Positions 26,491 through 38,979 of a DNA stretch of 64,000 nucleotides are shown piece after piece. This DNA comes from Raillietiella orientalis (Eukaryota), in assembly GCA_036172245.1 (NCBI GenBank), contig JAYWIR010000011.1:868001-932000 (forward strand), read 5' to 3'. The position numbers and the translations under genes were made by a program. The notes below the pieces were generated by a model. The model saw only the letters and a list, made by a program, of their open reading frames with translations. It was not told the DNA's origin and searched no databases. The first letter of the stretch is position 1. Every line of letters begins with the position of its first letter.

Positions 26491-27239
26491 TCCAGGGGAA
26501 ATCCTCCCACTATCTATTCCATCTAGCAAACTGCGAAGCAGATGGATTGGATGCTTCCTGTAGCCCACAAATCCTCCTTCCTTCTTACTCGGATGATCCG
26601 TCCGTCCGTCCTCTTCATCCGCCGCCGGACGGATGACGAGGACACCTTAGCACATCCACCTCAGCACCAAACCCCTCCGATTGTTGTTCTCAGTTCCATC
26701 CGTGCCACCAATGGCCACTCGTCCGCCTCGATCGATGCTTGCGACCACTGCGCGCACTCCTCCACGAGCAGCCTGCCAGTAGGGTGGTCGCGATCAACCT
26801 GTGGATCGATCGAGGATCGGCTTGTGAGCGCGGGCGCGGCGTTGCTGGGCGTCGGAGCAACGCTTCTCGGTGGCGGTTGGGAACCGGGAAAGAACACGCT
26901 GGATGGATGCCAACATGCGTGCGCCCGCGCGTGCTTTTGCGCCTCGCGCCGGCAGTAGAGCCGCTTCATTCTGCGCCGCTCGCTCCGCACACATCGCGGA
27001 TCGAGGAGCGCGCGCGCGAGCGTGCGCGGAGGTCCGGAACGGCGCCATCTCTGCGCACCTCACGCCTTTCCGCAAGCGCGCGTCGTTCCACCAGACGAAG
27101 AAGCCGCGCAGGCGCTCCTCTGGCGCGCAAATCGCGCTTTGAGCGCCGCAGGTGCACCGCTCGATGCAACGCCGCGCGCCATCTGCCTGTGGGGAAAACT
27201 CCCACTGGTGAGAGACGCCTTGCGACCACTCCGTACGTT

Positions 27240-27600
27240 AAGCGTGCCCCTTCTGCGTAATCAGTGGGACGGAGAAGACGACGGTCTCCATGGTGTGGGG
27301 AAGCAACCTGACCCACCTCCAGGCCGTCCTTCAACAGAGGGCAGTGCAGCAGGCACGGGAAGCCACGCCCAGAGATCTCCCCGCTCAAGGCCCGCGCACT
27401 GATTTCATTGAGTCTCCCTCGCAAAAGGTCAAAGATCTCTGGCTTCCTGACACCCTTTTCCTTCGCGCTGCTAGAAGGCATCCATCCTGCCGATTGCGCA
27501 GGGACTTCGTCGGGGTGAGGAACAGCGGCGAGGAAGCCACCCGCAGGGACTCACCTGTCCGCGACCGAGAGCGGAGATCCGCGCACGCCTGCGGGACCAG
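27240..27600 (+). mobile_element. Decayed RT fragment (domains 2-4)
   Basis: 'VWGSNLTHLQAVLQQRA...RDL' resembles GCxxNxxxLQxxL...DL, and 'RRDSPV' lies near the GxxQGDPLSP position. Confidence 0.35.
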
Positions 27601-28848
27601 GACCTTCACGGTGGACCAGACTGTGGCAAGGACTCCCCCAGAAGGCCTGCTTCTTCGGAAAAAGAGAGGGAGCCCTCTCCAGTGGCGTTCCGCAGCGTGC
27701 CCTCGTCGGTGGCGCCGGCCTCACCGTCCGCTCGGACGCTGCTGCTCGGACGACCGTCGCGGTCCGCCGGGCTTACATTGGAGTTCCCTCCGTCCCCAAG
27801 AGTTCTTCCGATCCTCGACCTCGGCTTCCGCGGTACCCCCCCCCCCCTACGCAGAGAGGGGTCCGCTCCGGCCCTTCCTTTCCTCCCGGGACGCTGCCAC
27901 CCGCCTTTCCGGACTCTGGCGAGTCGGCGGAGGTGCGGGCGCGGACAACAGCGGGTGGGGGCGGATGCGGAGAAGATCCTGGAGGAGGGAGAGGCGCCGC
28001 CGGAAACCGGAGTGCGCCTGCTCGAGAGCGGGTCTACGCTGGTGATTGCCTGCCTGCTTCTCCCCGTTTCGCGTACAGCAGGCAGCGGCGACCACCGGAG
28101 AGGAAGGGAAGGAGGAGGAAGGAGTCCGGGAGAGCCACTGGTGGCGCCAGTCGCGGCGGAAGCCGGGACGCGGGGCGCAGGACGCGGAAGAGCGCGTGCC
28201 GGGACGGGCCGCGGTCGGGAAGGCTGTGAAGGAGCGGTAATCCTCTTGCCCCTGGGCCCCGACTCGGAGGGGGGCGGACGAATGTCACGCTCGTCGCCGG
28301 TCCATCGCGTCCCTGTCACCGCTGATGTTTCGCCCGTTTCGCTTCGAACGTGCTGGGGACTCCATACCCACCCTTTTTCGCTCGCCTTCCACGGATGATG
28401 GAGGGGCCTGATGAGGACCGCTGGGTGCAGGCTTCGTGGACCCCTCCGCGTGGAGGTCGCTGTCGAGGGTCACGTCCCAGGAGGTCCCGCTCGGCGTCAT
28501 ACCGAGGAAGCCGGTTCGAACCGCGGCGGCGGCCTTTGTTCTCCGTCACCCCCAGAGGGTGGTGCTACGCCTCTCTGGGCCCCGCGCGCGGATGGTGGGA
28601 GGAGCGGAGGTGGCGCCGAGCCCCGGCGGAAGAGTTCCAGGGTCCGGAGACGGGATCGTGGTTTTGCGCGGATAGCGCTCATGCTTCCCTCTTTTCCTCC
28701 CTCCCCTTCCTTCACCCTTCCATGTCGAACCCATCCCTGTCAGAACCTTTGTTTACTCGGAATAGACAAGAAACGAACGGGAAATTTTCGTGGCCTGCAC
28801 ACGAGGGCGCTTTTTGACCAGGAAAACAGGTGGCACGAGCTCCTGCCT

Positions 28849-30759
28849 TTATTTCAGCACGCTACCAAGGGAACGAGGAAAGAGATTCGCTCTGGGAGCG
28901 GCCGGGAGCCGGGAGGACTCGGGTGGCGACCGCCGGCGCTCTCGGACGGGCTGGAACGGTCCTCTGTGTCCTCGCGGGTGCTGTGTGGCCGACGGCCTCA
29001 AGCAGGTCGCGCTTTCTCTCAGTGGTTTGGCAGAGCTGCCGCAGGGGTCAGTCTGGCGGATTGGTCTCGCCTCCCCCGAGGACTCGCGCACCTCCGTCAC
29101 CTGCTCTCCGTCTTTCCGCTTCCTCCTAGTGTTCTGTGTTGGGAAGGCTGCAGGTAGAGGGTAAGGTCCAAGATGAACGTCTGGGGTGGAGGACCGGCGT
29201 TGCGCTTTGCTCGTTCCATCCGCATCGCCAGGAGCGATGGAGCAGCCGGTGCGGCTCTCCGCCGGCTGTACGAAGGGTAGTCTGATGCCTGCTGACACGA
29301 GGGGATCGGTTCGGAGCCATTCTTGCTCTTGGATGATCTTTTTCCTTTTCTCCCTCCCTTTCTGAGCCCTGAGGCAGAAAGGAGACCTGAAGCCGTGGAG
29401 GTTTCCGCTTGGTTTCGTCCATCTCTTTTGCATCCTCTTGCTCCCCACCACAGAGACCACCGCTTCTTCCAGCTGCTTTCGGTGTTCCTTCTCCGTCTGC
29501 AAGACCCCCACCAGTGGGGTGGTAGGTTTCCTCCTACCCCTTCCCACTGGGAGCGGGTCACGGGAAACCCGTTCCCGGCGACCCGCTCCCGTCCTGCCCG
29601 CTGGAGAGAGCGGGAAGGGGACTGGGGCCTCGTCCCTTCGTCCGCACATGACGCATGACGATGATCGCGCACGCGGGGGGGAACAATCTGCGAGTGTCCT
29701 GGTAAGGCCGCGGGACGGAAGGTGGGGGCTCGTCCGGCTTGCAGAGGGAGATGCACCTTCAATCGCCGGTCCGCCGCTCACGGAGTTCACAATCTTCACG
29801 GTTAAATCGGGACCGCTCCCAGGAAGCTCCTCCGAGTTTCCGGTTCCTCCTTTTCCTCTCACTTCCGCGCCTCCGCGAACGACATCCAACCATCGTCCGC
29901 TAGGAATCATCGGAAAAGCTCCAGGCTGCCGCAGGGGGGGATGCCGGTCGTGCTTGGTTCTGACCTGGTTCGCCCACGCATCTCCCGCTGGCGCTCCGGA
30001 ACGGAGGGATTCCTCGTTCGGCGCGCGCGGAGAGCCGAATCGCATGCCGCCGGCTGAAAAACAGGCGAAGGTGTCATGATGACCTCTGGATGGACACGAA
30101 CCCTTGGCGAGAGCTTTTCTTTCTTCTGACCTCTCTCGCTCCAAGCAGTCTGCCCAAGAGTTTGAGATTCTCCCTGGTCCCTGGGGGCGGAGGTCCTTTC
30201 CCCACCATGTGGTTCCCGGTTTTACACCGTCTGCCAAAAAAAAAAAAAAGAGGGATGAGGAAAAAGTCATGTTCTGGAGTGTACGAAGGGATTCCCGTAG
30301 GGAATTCCGCGGAGGGGACCAGGGAAGATGATAGGACTGCAGTGCAACACTGAGCCATCTCAGAAAGGTCCACCGTGAGTTCAGATGCCCTGAGCACTCA
30401 AGCCACGGATCACATCCCATTGCAACGCGAGAGATGTTTACACGGTTTGGAGGTACAAACTTCTCATCTACTCCCTCGCCCCCTCTTTCCCTTCTTTTTT
30501 TTGCACCACAAATTGCGTTGAAAAAGAAAGATGACGTGACGACGATGCTGTGAGTGGAAATCCTGGCAGGCGGACGCCTTCTTAAGATGTCACCTGAACT
30601 CTGGGGGTCGTCTTCGCCCTGTATTCCCGGATTCTCGAGTTCCGTTCCGGTAGGCACAGAAGCAGACGGCAGCTGGGGACTTACCCCGGTGAGGGGGAAC
30701 CAGGTCGATCGGGCGAGAAGCGAAGAAAGAAAACATGTGCTGCAACACGTGACACCCAC
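28849..30759 (-). other. Longest ORF in the window (636 aa), running through decayed retrotransposon sequence; coding status doubtful
   Basis: It is stop-free for 1.9 kb and contains the shadows 'IQGEDDPQSSGDILRRRP' (RT1-like) and 'PRARSSSCVMCGRRDE' (CCHC-like). It also reads through a poly-T run and has no intact domain. Confidence 0.2.
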
Positions 30760-31725
30760 GTGCAGAGGCTGTTCGCTTCTCCGAGGTACCGCCGTGAAAA
30801 CGAAACCCCGTTTCCGAGTTTACGGTAAGCGAAGGACGCATCCCGAAGCAAAGAGAAACACCACAGAGCATCCTTGGGAGCTCGAAGATAGGGGACACCC
30901 GTCTTTTTTTGGATTCTGATTATTCCGGCTAAATATAGCCTTCCTGAAGAGCATCCTCTGAGATGGACTTGTAGAGGTTTGGGGGTGCGCGAAGGAGGGA
31001 ACGCGAGGGTGGATCTTCCAAAAGCTCCGCTGCTTCCCCGACCTTTCCAGCTTCCTCAAGATGGCAAGGCGGACTCGTCCCCCCCGTGCCAAAATCGAAG
31101 GGAGACGCCTCCCAGATCGGGAGAAGGCTATAGAAAAGACGCAGGACAGAAACCCGGTGACCCTTTCTACCCCATTTCACGAAGACCGATGTTTCTCCGC
31201 ATATTACATCATTTTATTTATTTTCATCTCCTCCCCATTGCCCCGTTAGCCCCTCACCCCTGCGCGCGTCATCCCTCTCCGCCTCCGGACCTGCATGTCG
31301 GTATTCTCCGGTTCGTCCCTCCCAGGCAAAGTGATGGCGTGTTTCGTTTGAAGAACGTCCCGGAGCGACCGGGGTCGGGAACCTCCTCACCTTCCTCGTC
31401 TCCGAGCGGGAGCTGCTGCAGCGACGGGTGCACAAAGGTGAAGGTGCTCACGAGGGAGTTGTTTGACGGGGTCACCGGTGCTGATCGACTCTAGGATGCG
31501 GCGCCAGGAATTTCCACCGCCGCTGCTCCGCACCTGGTTCATTGCCTCCCGGACCTATGGGACGCTGGCGACTTTCCGCCTCCCTCCGTATCAAACACGC
31601 ATGCGTGTGTGCTCGATCGGTAGCAGCGCTCCAAGCGGACATCCCCTTTCTGTACGCGGATGCTAGACGGCAAACACGTTGGCGTATGCACCGGCCGCAA
31701 CCAGCACAATCGCAAACGGTGACAC

Positions 31726-31779
31726 GTTTATATCCCGGTCACCCCGAAACATTTATTATAAAAATAATAAACATACATG
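31726..31779 (-). repeat. Detached terminal module (AATAAA + hairpin) of the composite repeat
   Basis: The reverse complement catgtatgtttattatttttataataaatgtttcggggtgaccggg matches 44522-44567. Confidence 0.8.
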
Positions 31780-32448
31780 AATGATGGAAATCCTTTTTCT
31801 GTATTCGCAGTTCTTCGACACAGTTCCACGCCACCCAAGGGTGGGTAGTCTTCAAGGTACGAATCCATGAAGGACTCGGAGTCCGTTCCTCTAACCCCTG
31901 GAGAGGGATCCCCGGAAATGGAGATCGCCTCCACCCTGGTTGTCTCCGAAGGGGAATCCAGAAGGGAATCCTCCTTCCTTATTCTCTCCGGAGGACCTCG
32001 CGAGGTTCTCTCCATTCTTTCTTCTCTGAAGAGAACCCACAAGGGACGTTTCCAAAATTCAGAAGGACGCAGCTTCCTCGAAGGGATCGGCTCGCTTCTC
32101 TGCACTCCCTAGAGAGGCGGTGGCGACACACCTGCTCCATCAGGACGACGCGGAGGGTCTCCCCAGAATGGGGGTCCGCTCCTTCACAACCGGAGGGGAA
32201 CTCCCTACTCCGTGATTCCTGGAAGGACCCGGAGGTCGATTCCCATTTGCCCCGGCCCTCATCGGGGGACATCGGGTTTCAACCGCTACCGGCCTCCCAT
32301 CCGAATGAATGGAGCCCGACCAGCGTCATCTTGCAGGAGGAGGAACTCGGAACCCACGACGCACTGCGTCGATTCCTTTCGGAGTATTCGAACCCATGAA
32401 GCATGGTGCCACGTCCGGAGACCACCGTAACTACACGGCCTCCAACGC
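31780..32448 (-). repeat. tRNA-like-headed repeat copy T3 (head + ~450-bp body) inserted into the composite repeat
   Basis: It begins gcgttggaggccgtgtag and has B-boxes gggttcgaatac and gggttccgagttcc. The body is homologous to 38980-39350. Confidence 0.75.
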
Positions 32449-32452
32449 GGGA

Positions 32453-33987
32453 CTACATTGCCCGAAAATGCTCGGAACCTGCCGAGTAACCGGCACGCAG
32501 GCCGACGATGTTCGCCCCGGCAGCAGAGGGGGAGGGGGCAAACCAAAATTTTTTTAAAAAAAGCGAAGAAAAACATATGCAGAAAAATTAGAAGGGTTAG
32601 GGAAGGGATGACCGGGAGCCGGAGGGTGCTCTCTGCATCCTTTCCGGGATGCCGGCAAGTTCCATCCGGGAAGTATGCCTCAGGTGGGGCCATCTTGCTG
32701 CTGTCCGCAGGAGGAGCGGAGCGAAGCAGATGGCGTTCCGTCCTTCTCTCGCGGAGCTCCAGACCCCCGCCACAATCCCGCGTAGGCAGCAAACAGCTGC
32801 TAGCGATGCACCAGCCGAAAGGGCATCGCGCACGAAGAGGCACTTCATCACGTGCCGGGAATTGTCCGTACGTGCACCAAGGGCCGTTGCGTGACGCAAC
32901 CTCAGGGACCAGAGGGCTGCACAGTCCGCAAGCAAATGCGGGAGCTGAGATTCCCGTTCGCTTCACCTGAAACACTTCACCTGGGGGATCCACGACCCCC
33001 CAGGTGCAGTGAGACCGGCGAGCGCTGCACGGGAGAACAGCAGAAGTGCCGACTCCTGCCACCTCAGGGGGAGGGCCACTCGAAGTCTTCTCGTAGGATT
33101 CCCAGCAGCTCACCCCAGTAGCGCAACTGAGGTGGGGCACTTGAGGACGCAACGTCCGTGAGCTGGCCCGTGGTCCAACCACCTAGCTCCCTAGTCTTTT
33201 GACTGATTTTGCAGCTGACCTCCCATCTGGCCAGCTGTTTACTGCGCAGGTGCTCCCTGAGGGAGGGCTGTGCCGCGGCTAGGGAGGTTGTTTGCGCTCA
33301 CGCACACGTGGTGGCTGCACGATGACGTGCTGCAGCGAGCGCTTGTTGCAGAAAGAGTGCAGCAGTCGCTACCGCATCTCCGTGCTCGCTTCGCTGTTCT
33401 TGGCCCATGTGCGAACGGTTTCCTGCAGCCAGGCGCTACCGTTCGCAGACCGACAGAGGATCCAGTTGTTGTTTCTGGTCAGCGATGGCCGCCCGCCGGA
33501 GCTCCATTCCGCAGCTGGACACGTTGCGTCTGCACCGCCGCGCCAGGAAATTGAGGTGTTTGCAGTTCGAACCACCCTCTTATGCAAAGTCCCCTTCCCT
33601 TTCTGGAAATGAACTCTCCCCTAATGTGCTCCTTCGGAAATTGGCTAAGGTGGCAGGTCTGAAGCTCTCGTAGGAGGGCGGTGCTGCACCGCCCTCTACG
33701 CGCATCGCTCCCCTGCCGGGAACCTTGCCGAAGAACGGCTGCGCTGAAATTCCGCGTGAGAACCGGAAGCGGCCACGTCCAGCGCCCTCTATAACCCTTC
33801 TCGTCTTTCTGCGACGCAACTGCTGCAATTGTATTCGAGATATTTCTCCCTATCCCCAAGTTACCATGGATCCCCTCTATGTCAAAGCCGAGTCGGGAAA
33901 AACAGATAGGCATTGGCCTGTTCTCCCTTGTTTTTCCGAAGCAGAACTGGCAGTGCCTCGGGCTCTGTGAGGCTCAGCATCTTTGTG
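32453..33987 (+). repeat. Left arm of 1.54-kb near-perfect inverted repeat
   Basis: It is the reverse complement of 42970-44505. Only about 4 differences were seen (3 substitutions, 1 indel), and the ORF track shows mirrored peptides. Confidence 0.97.
33300..33750 (+). pseudogene. Possible Ulp1/C48 cysteine-protease remnant (NeSL-type retrotransposon domain); mirrored at ~43205-43660 (-)
   Basis: 'WWLHDDVLQRAL...FAVLGP' (~WLxDxVI), 'LLFLV...ELHS' (~HW position), 'RQEIEVF' (~IxxFDS) and 'LPKNGC' (~QxNGxDCG) occur in the correct order across frameshifts. Confidence 0.4.
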
Positions 33988-34559
33988 TTGCTGCTCTTAA
34001 GAAGATGGAGTGCTCGCGTTCGTGCTCCATTCCCAGTCTCAACCGGAAGAAATAATTCCCGTCAAGCGGCCCACTGGCTCTTTGTTTTGAAGGAGTACAG
34101 TCGGTTCCAAGAAGGATGCCTTCGGAAACCTGGAATGCTGATGGATGTACACGGAGGCAATTTCTTGATCATTTGTTTTCTCTCGAAGGATCACCTTTTT
34201 TGTGTGTGTATCCTCCGTCGCCGACCACGACCAAAGGTGGCCGAAATCCATCCATCAGGTGCGGGGGACATAGCGGTCTGGAAAGGCCTCTGGAGAACGG
34301 AAGAGAAACGAGGCCGCCAGCAGAGGAGATTCCGTCCTCGACCCGCCTACCGGAAAGGAAAGACCTGCTGCTTCAGAACGTCGCACTCAAAGAATCGATG
34401 ATCGCTGTTGTACGCTCCTTGAGCGTACAGCTGATTTCTCAGTGAAGTGGTGGACAAAACCAGCTGTACGTGCACGTGCACGTTTCATGGCTGGTTTTGT
34501 ACGTATATGCTTGACGAGGTGGATAGAAACCAGCTGTAGGGTGCAAGGCAATCCCTCGA

Positions 34560-35830
34560 GGCTTTTTTGTTTTTCAAGATAGTGCTATTAGCAACAGTTC
34601 GTCGTAGAAAAATTGCTGAGGACGGATGCAGTTGCACAGATTCACAGTCTTCCTGTCCCTATCCACAAAATGCAGATTATTATTTACCTAATCGAGTCCA
34701 AGATCTTCCACAGATTTTAGATTATTTGCAACTAAGATCTTCTCTTTAGAGATAGCATGCAGACACAGGCGAGATATGCGAGGTTTGTCTTCCCAACACA
34801 GGCGACGATTGCGCTAAGGTTCAGAATCAACAGCGGCAAGTCCTGAAGCTGGAAAACGCTCCACTTCTGGATGAGGAAAACCCGGAATTATGCGAGACGC
34901 CAATGTGCGCTGTACCTTCATGAACCGCCAACGGGCAAAGAATACATTCAGGCACAAAACGGTCTTCTCCTCCCCATTTGGCTCTGATCACCAGGAAGTT
35001 TAACATGGTCTTGAGTGCGTTCCTGGTTTGCGCATGCGCAGTTTGCAATTCTTGGGCAACGGACAGTGTTCGAGTAACAGATGCGTGTCTTTGACAGACA
35101 CAGGTCTGCTTCAGGCTACTGTAGCACAAAACCAAAATCCCACTGAAAATGCAGGAGAGACCACGCCTAACAATTCGAAGTCATCAAAAGCAGGTTGCCA
35201 TCCGCTTCCTCCTTCTAAATGCTCGATTCTTCCCAAGGAGGCAACTGCAACCAGTGCTTTGTGCTGCAGAAATTCATTCTTTGTAATCTGAAGGCTAGCA
35301 TCCTTGAAAAGGCATCATGCGGAAGATCTGCAGGCACCGCAATCCACCCAAGACTGTTGGGCTGCTGGCCAACTAACAAGAAGCCAGTTTCTATTGTCTC
35401 GTGGATCCGCAATAATATGGTCGATGTTTGATGGGCGCTCCCCTGATGTAAAGTTCCCCCAAGATATCCCTTGATCCATGGAGTAGGATAGCTCATTGTA
35501 GCGCCAAAGCTACGAGGACTACGTGCAGCAACCATGGGACCTCCAAAGTCTCCAGATGCAAGCGGATGTTCTTGGAGGACGAGATGGAGAGGCATCTCTT
35601 GGCCAACCTTCTCGGCTTGCAGCATGCGAGACCCGTCGAGCACTTCCGGTATTTTCTTGGAAAGTTGTTCCTTGTGGAAGCTGCTTGCAGCTCAGAGTCC
35701 CCCCATCCCTCCACCACTCCCTCATGCAGCACGGTAAAGCAAGAAGAGCAGAGGCGTATCCCAGTGAAGAACTTGATGCTCTTTCTGGAGTGTGCCCTCC
35801 GAAGGGAGCAGCTTGTTTCTTGAACTCCGG
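34560..35830 (+). mobile_element. Decayed RT to thumb fragment
   Basis: 'RIHSGTKRSSP...KFNMVL' resembles IxSGVKQGxPLSP..FNxV. Thumb-like shadows lie downstream. Confidence 0.45.
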
Positions 35831-35902
35831 GAGAGGCAACCATTCGAGGGTGGTACGCGATGAAGCGTGTTCTTCACGAGGACGGCTCTATTTTCACATC
35901 CT

Positions 35903-36144
35903 GGGGGGAACCGGCTCCTTGATTCCTGGAAGGGTCAGCTTCCAATCCCAATCAGTCAGCGTGGTCATTCGGTTTCCGCATTCCAACCAGTGCAGCATCC
36001 GAAGCTGACAGGTCATCATGCGGGGGAGAGGATTCGAAATCCGCGACGCAGCCAGCTCTCGGAGTCGATCCTTCCCCAGGCGGGGTTTGAACCCATGACG
36101 TCCAGTGCCTCTCAAGGAGACCGCAGCTACGCGGCCGCCAACGC
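35903..36144 (-). repeat. tRNA-like-headed repeat module, copy T4
   Basis: gcgttggcggccgcgtagctgcggtctcc...gggttcaaacccc...gatttcgaatcc...gatgac...gggattggaag...ccaggaatcaaggagc. Confidence 0.75.
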
Positions 36145-37579
36145 AGGCACGGAGGATTTGCTAAGCTCATCAACGCTTTTTTTTTAAACTTTTTTTTTGA
36201 GCAATCTGGGAATTTGTTAATTTCCGGGTCCTTTACAAAATCAAGACGTTGCTTTTGTGATTTTTTCTCAGACACTCCTGGAGTCTCGAGGCTTCGCTGA
36301 AAATCCATCATGAATGACAACAGTGTACTTTTCTCTCTCTCTCTCTCTGTAGAACAGTAGCAGCCGCTTCATGCGGGGGTGCAGAAATCCCATTGGGTTA
36401 TTTGACCCACCCTTCTTCACTCTCTCATAGCTACCGGGTAAGATGGGAGTAGGTGGGATAGGTGGGACCTGAGCTGGACAAGCGCTGACCAGCCACGAGG
36501 CGATCCCGGCCGCGTGCAAAACGTCGCACGCTGCTTCTCTCTTGACGAGCACCTCGGAGCGTGCCCGGGCCCGAGCCGAAGATGGCAGGAGGGTTCTGGA
36601 GAAACGCGGGCGGCGGCGGTTCCTGTGTCGACGCCGGCATGGTTTTCCACCCTCGTGGAGGATGCGATTCCCCCGCCAAGACGCTGAGACATCTCACGAA
36701 GGTCTCCTTCCTCCGGTCTGGCCTGTCGCTAGTCTCCATTCGCTGGACCACTCCATCCGAGAGGCTGACGAGTCGACGCGGTCTCGACAGGCTTTCTCTT
36801 CCCCCCTCACTCCCCCCCGTCTCCCTGTAGCTCGTGAATCATCTTGAGACGGATGCGCGTGCGCGGCGTCTGCCCTTCTCCGATTGCGCTCGGCGAGGCG
36901 GACGGCGGTGAACTCTTCTGGGGGTTTCTCTCTCGTCCACCTCTCTCGCCCCAGCGCCCCCTCGAAGCGCCTCGGGAAGCTTCTCTTCCTGCTGGCAAGA
37001 AGGAAAGCGACGCGGCGGAGCACCTCGTGCCACCTCAGTTCCAGAAACGCCCGACTCGAGCTCACACGGCTCGAGATGTTCCGTGAGGCTACCTCCACAT
37101 GCGCCTGCCAGGAATCGTTCTCACGCCGGCATCTCAGCGAAGGAGCGCGCGGGCTCGGTTGCGGCTCCCCGAGCACGCGCGTTTCTCCCGGAAACAGTTT
37201 CGTGCGTGCGTGCGTTTGAGTCACCGCGCAGGGAGTTCCGGCTGGTGACAGATGCGCGCTCGCGCGTTCCCCGAATCCGCTTCCTCCCTTCCCTCAGGCG
37301 AAAGCTCCTCCCTCTGTGGGGAGCAGCGCCTTTGCGGCTTTCCGTGGATTCCCGCTCTCCGAAAATCGGGGCGGAAGTGCTGATGGTCACGGATGTTGCA
37401 TCTCGCCGCCCACGCACCTTATCTTCGCTTTTCTGGTGGGAAAGAAAAAAGGAAAACGAAAAAGCCGCCATCTTAAGAACATCCCTCCCTATTTTTATTT
37501 TTTTTGCGACTTCCTGCGCTCCCGGGCGAGGTCCCTTCCTGGCGTGCGGATGCCTCCACGCTCCCGTTAAGATGGAAAC

Positions 37580-37740
37580 AGCAGCGCGTCCTGTCGTTTC
37601 TGCACCGGGGGATTTCCGGTGCAATCGCCTGGTTTCCGGGGAGGGGGCATTCCCAAACTGCTCCAGGTGCAAGGCGACGGGATCGTTCCCGCACCTCCCT
37701 CTGGACTGCAGTGCACCGGAGGGCGTATGTGGCAGCGGAA
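37580..37740 (-). mobile_element. Decayed pre-RT fragment, paralog of 13200-13370
   Basis: It has inverted nucleotide homology to 13200-13370. Confidence 0.5.
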
Positions 37741-38979
37741 GGGCTCCTTCCAGGCGCTCCGCCATCCTGAAGACTCCGCCGCTTACGTGTGGTTGCGGCG
37801 CTTCTGGCACTCAAGGCGCGGGCTGGAGAGCGGGTGCCGCAAGATCGCTACGAGATGAGGCATCCGCGCGCGCCGTCGTCCCAGCCCGCTCCGCAATGGC
37901 GTCTCGTTCGAAGTGAATGGCGGTCGCCTTGACGAGGACGGCTGTGGGGTGACCTCACCTATGAGAAGAATTCGCCGGGGAGATCGCCAGCATTCAGCGC
38001 CAGCTGTAGGAAGGAAGGGGTGGTTCATCCCAAAGACCCCTGTCCCTACCCTCCAGCTCCTGACTCCCTTAGGAGCCGGATTGCGAGCTGGTGGTCATCC
38101 CCGTGAACTTCCTTTTATTGTTTTTTGGCTTGTAATTTATTTATTTCTTTAAAACTGAACGTTCCGGCGTGCCCGGATGCGCAACGTGCTCTCCCTACAG
38201 AAATGGGCACGGCGGCGCGAGGAAAGAGCACGAGAGCACGGAAGCACCGGCAAGTCACACTCCACGCCAGGCTGGTGCTCTTCGCGGACGGGACTCCTGG
38301 CTCCTGCGGGGGCTGGAAGACAGGCTCTTCTAGAGTCCCCTCCACTACGTGGCTCTTGGACAGCGGCTGCCCCATGAAGCGGGGGAAGACGTCGTTCCCT
38401 TTGGCGAGCTCTCCGGACCTCGCCTCGGATGGGCTTGCCCTTTTTGTTTGTTTGTTGTTAGTTTGTTTTTCCACGGGTGCCACCTGCTGCTCCGTGAAAC
38501 CGGGATTTCCTCCGGGACGTCCACGAGATGCTGCCCTGAGCAAGAGGAGGAGGTTGCAAGTCTGCGTTGCCATGGGCGCTCTTCCGTGGAGCCTGTGGGA
38601 GACGTGCGTCCTCCAGACAGCCGTCCCCGGCGTCCTCGAGCGGTGCGGCTCTGTCCGAGCGCAAAGTGCGCCCTGGCGACATCACCAGTTTGCCAAGCTG
38701 GGACGACGCCGGCGCTCCTCCTGTTCTCATCGGCACCGAACCGCGGAGAGCTAGCGCTAGAAGGAGTTTTGCGCTGTGGATCCGGCGGACGGGAGCACAT
38801 CCGAGAAGTTAGAGGCTGGCCAACTGGACCAGGTTTGTTTCGAATACTGGATGATGGGGGATCCTTTCGGGTCGTTCCCTGTTTCGCTGCTTCCCTTCCA
38901 GCTTTTCTTCTTCCTCTTCTCTTTCTTGGTTCGCTGAGAGCTGGAGAACAGTCCGCCTCCTTAGGGAGCGCTCATGGAG

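Noticed and set aside
23960..28430. Hammerhead ribozyme cores (CTGATGA at ~23962 and ~28408; CTGAAGA at ~26166)
   Set aside because: There is no stem II followed by GAAA with matching stems I/III.
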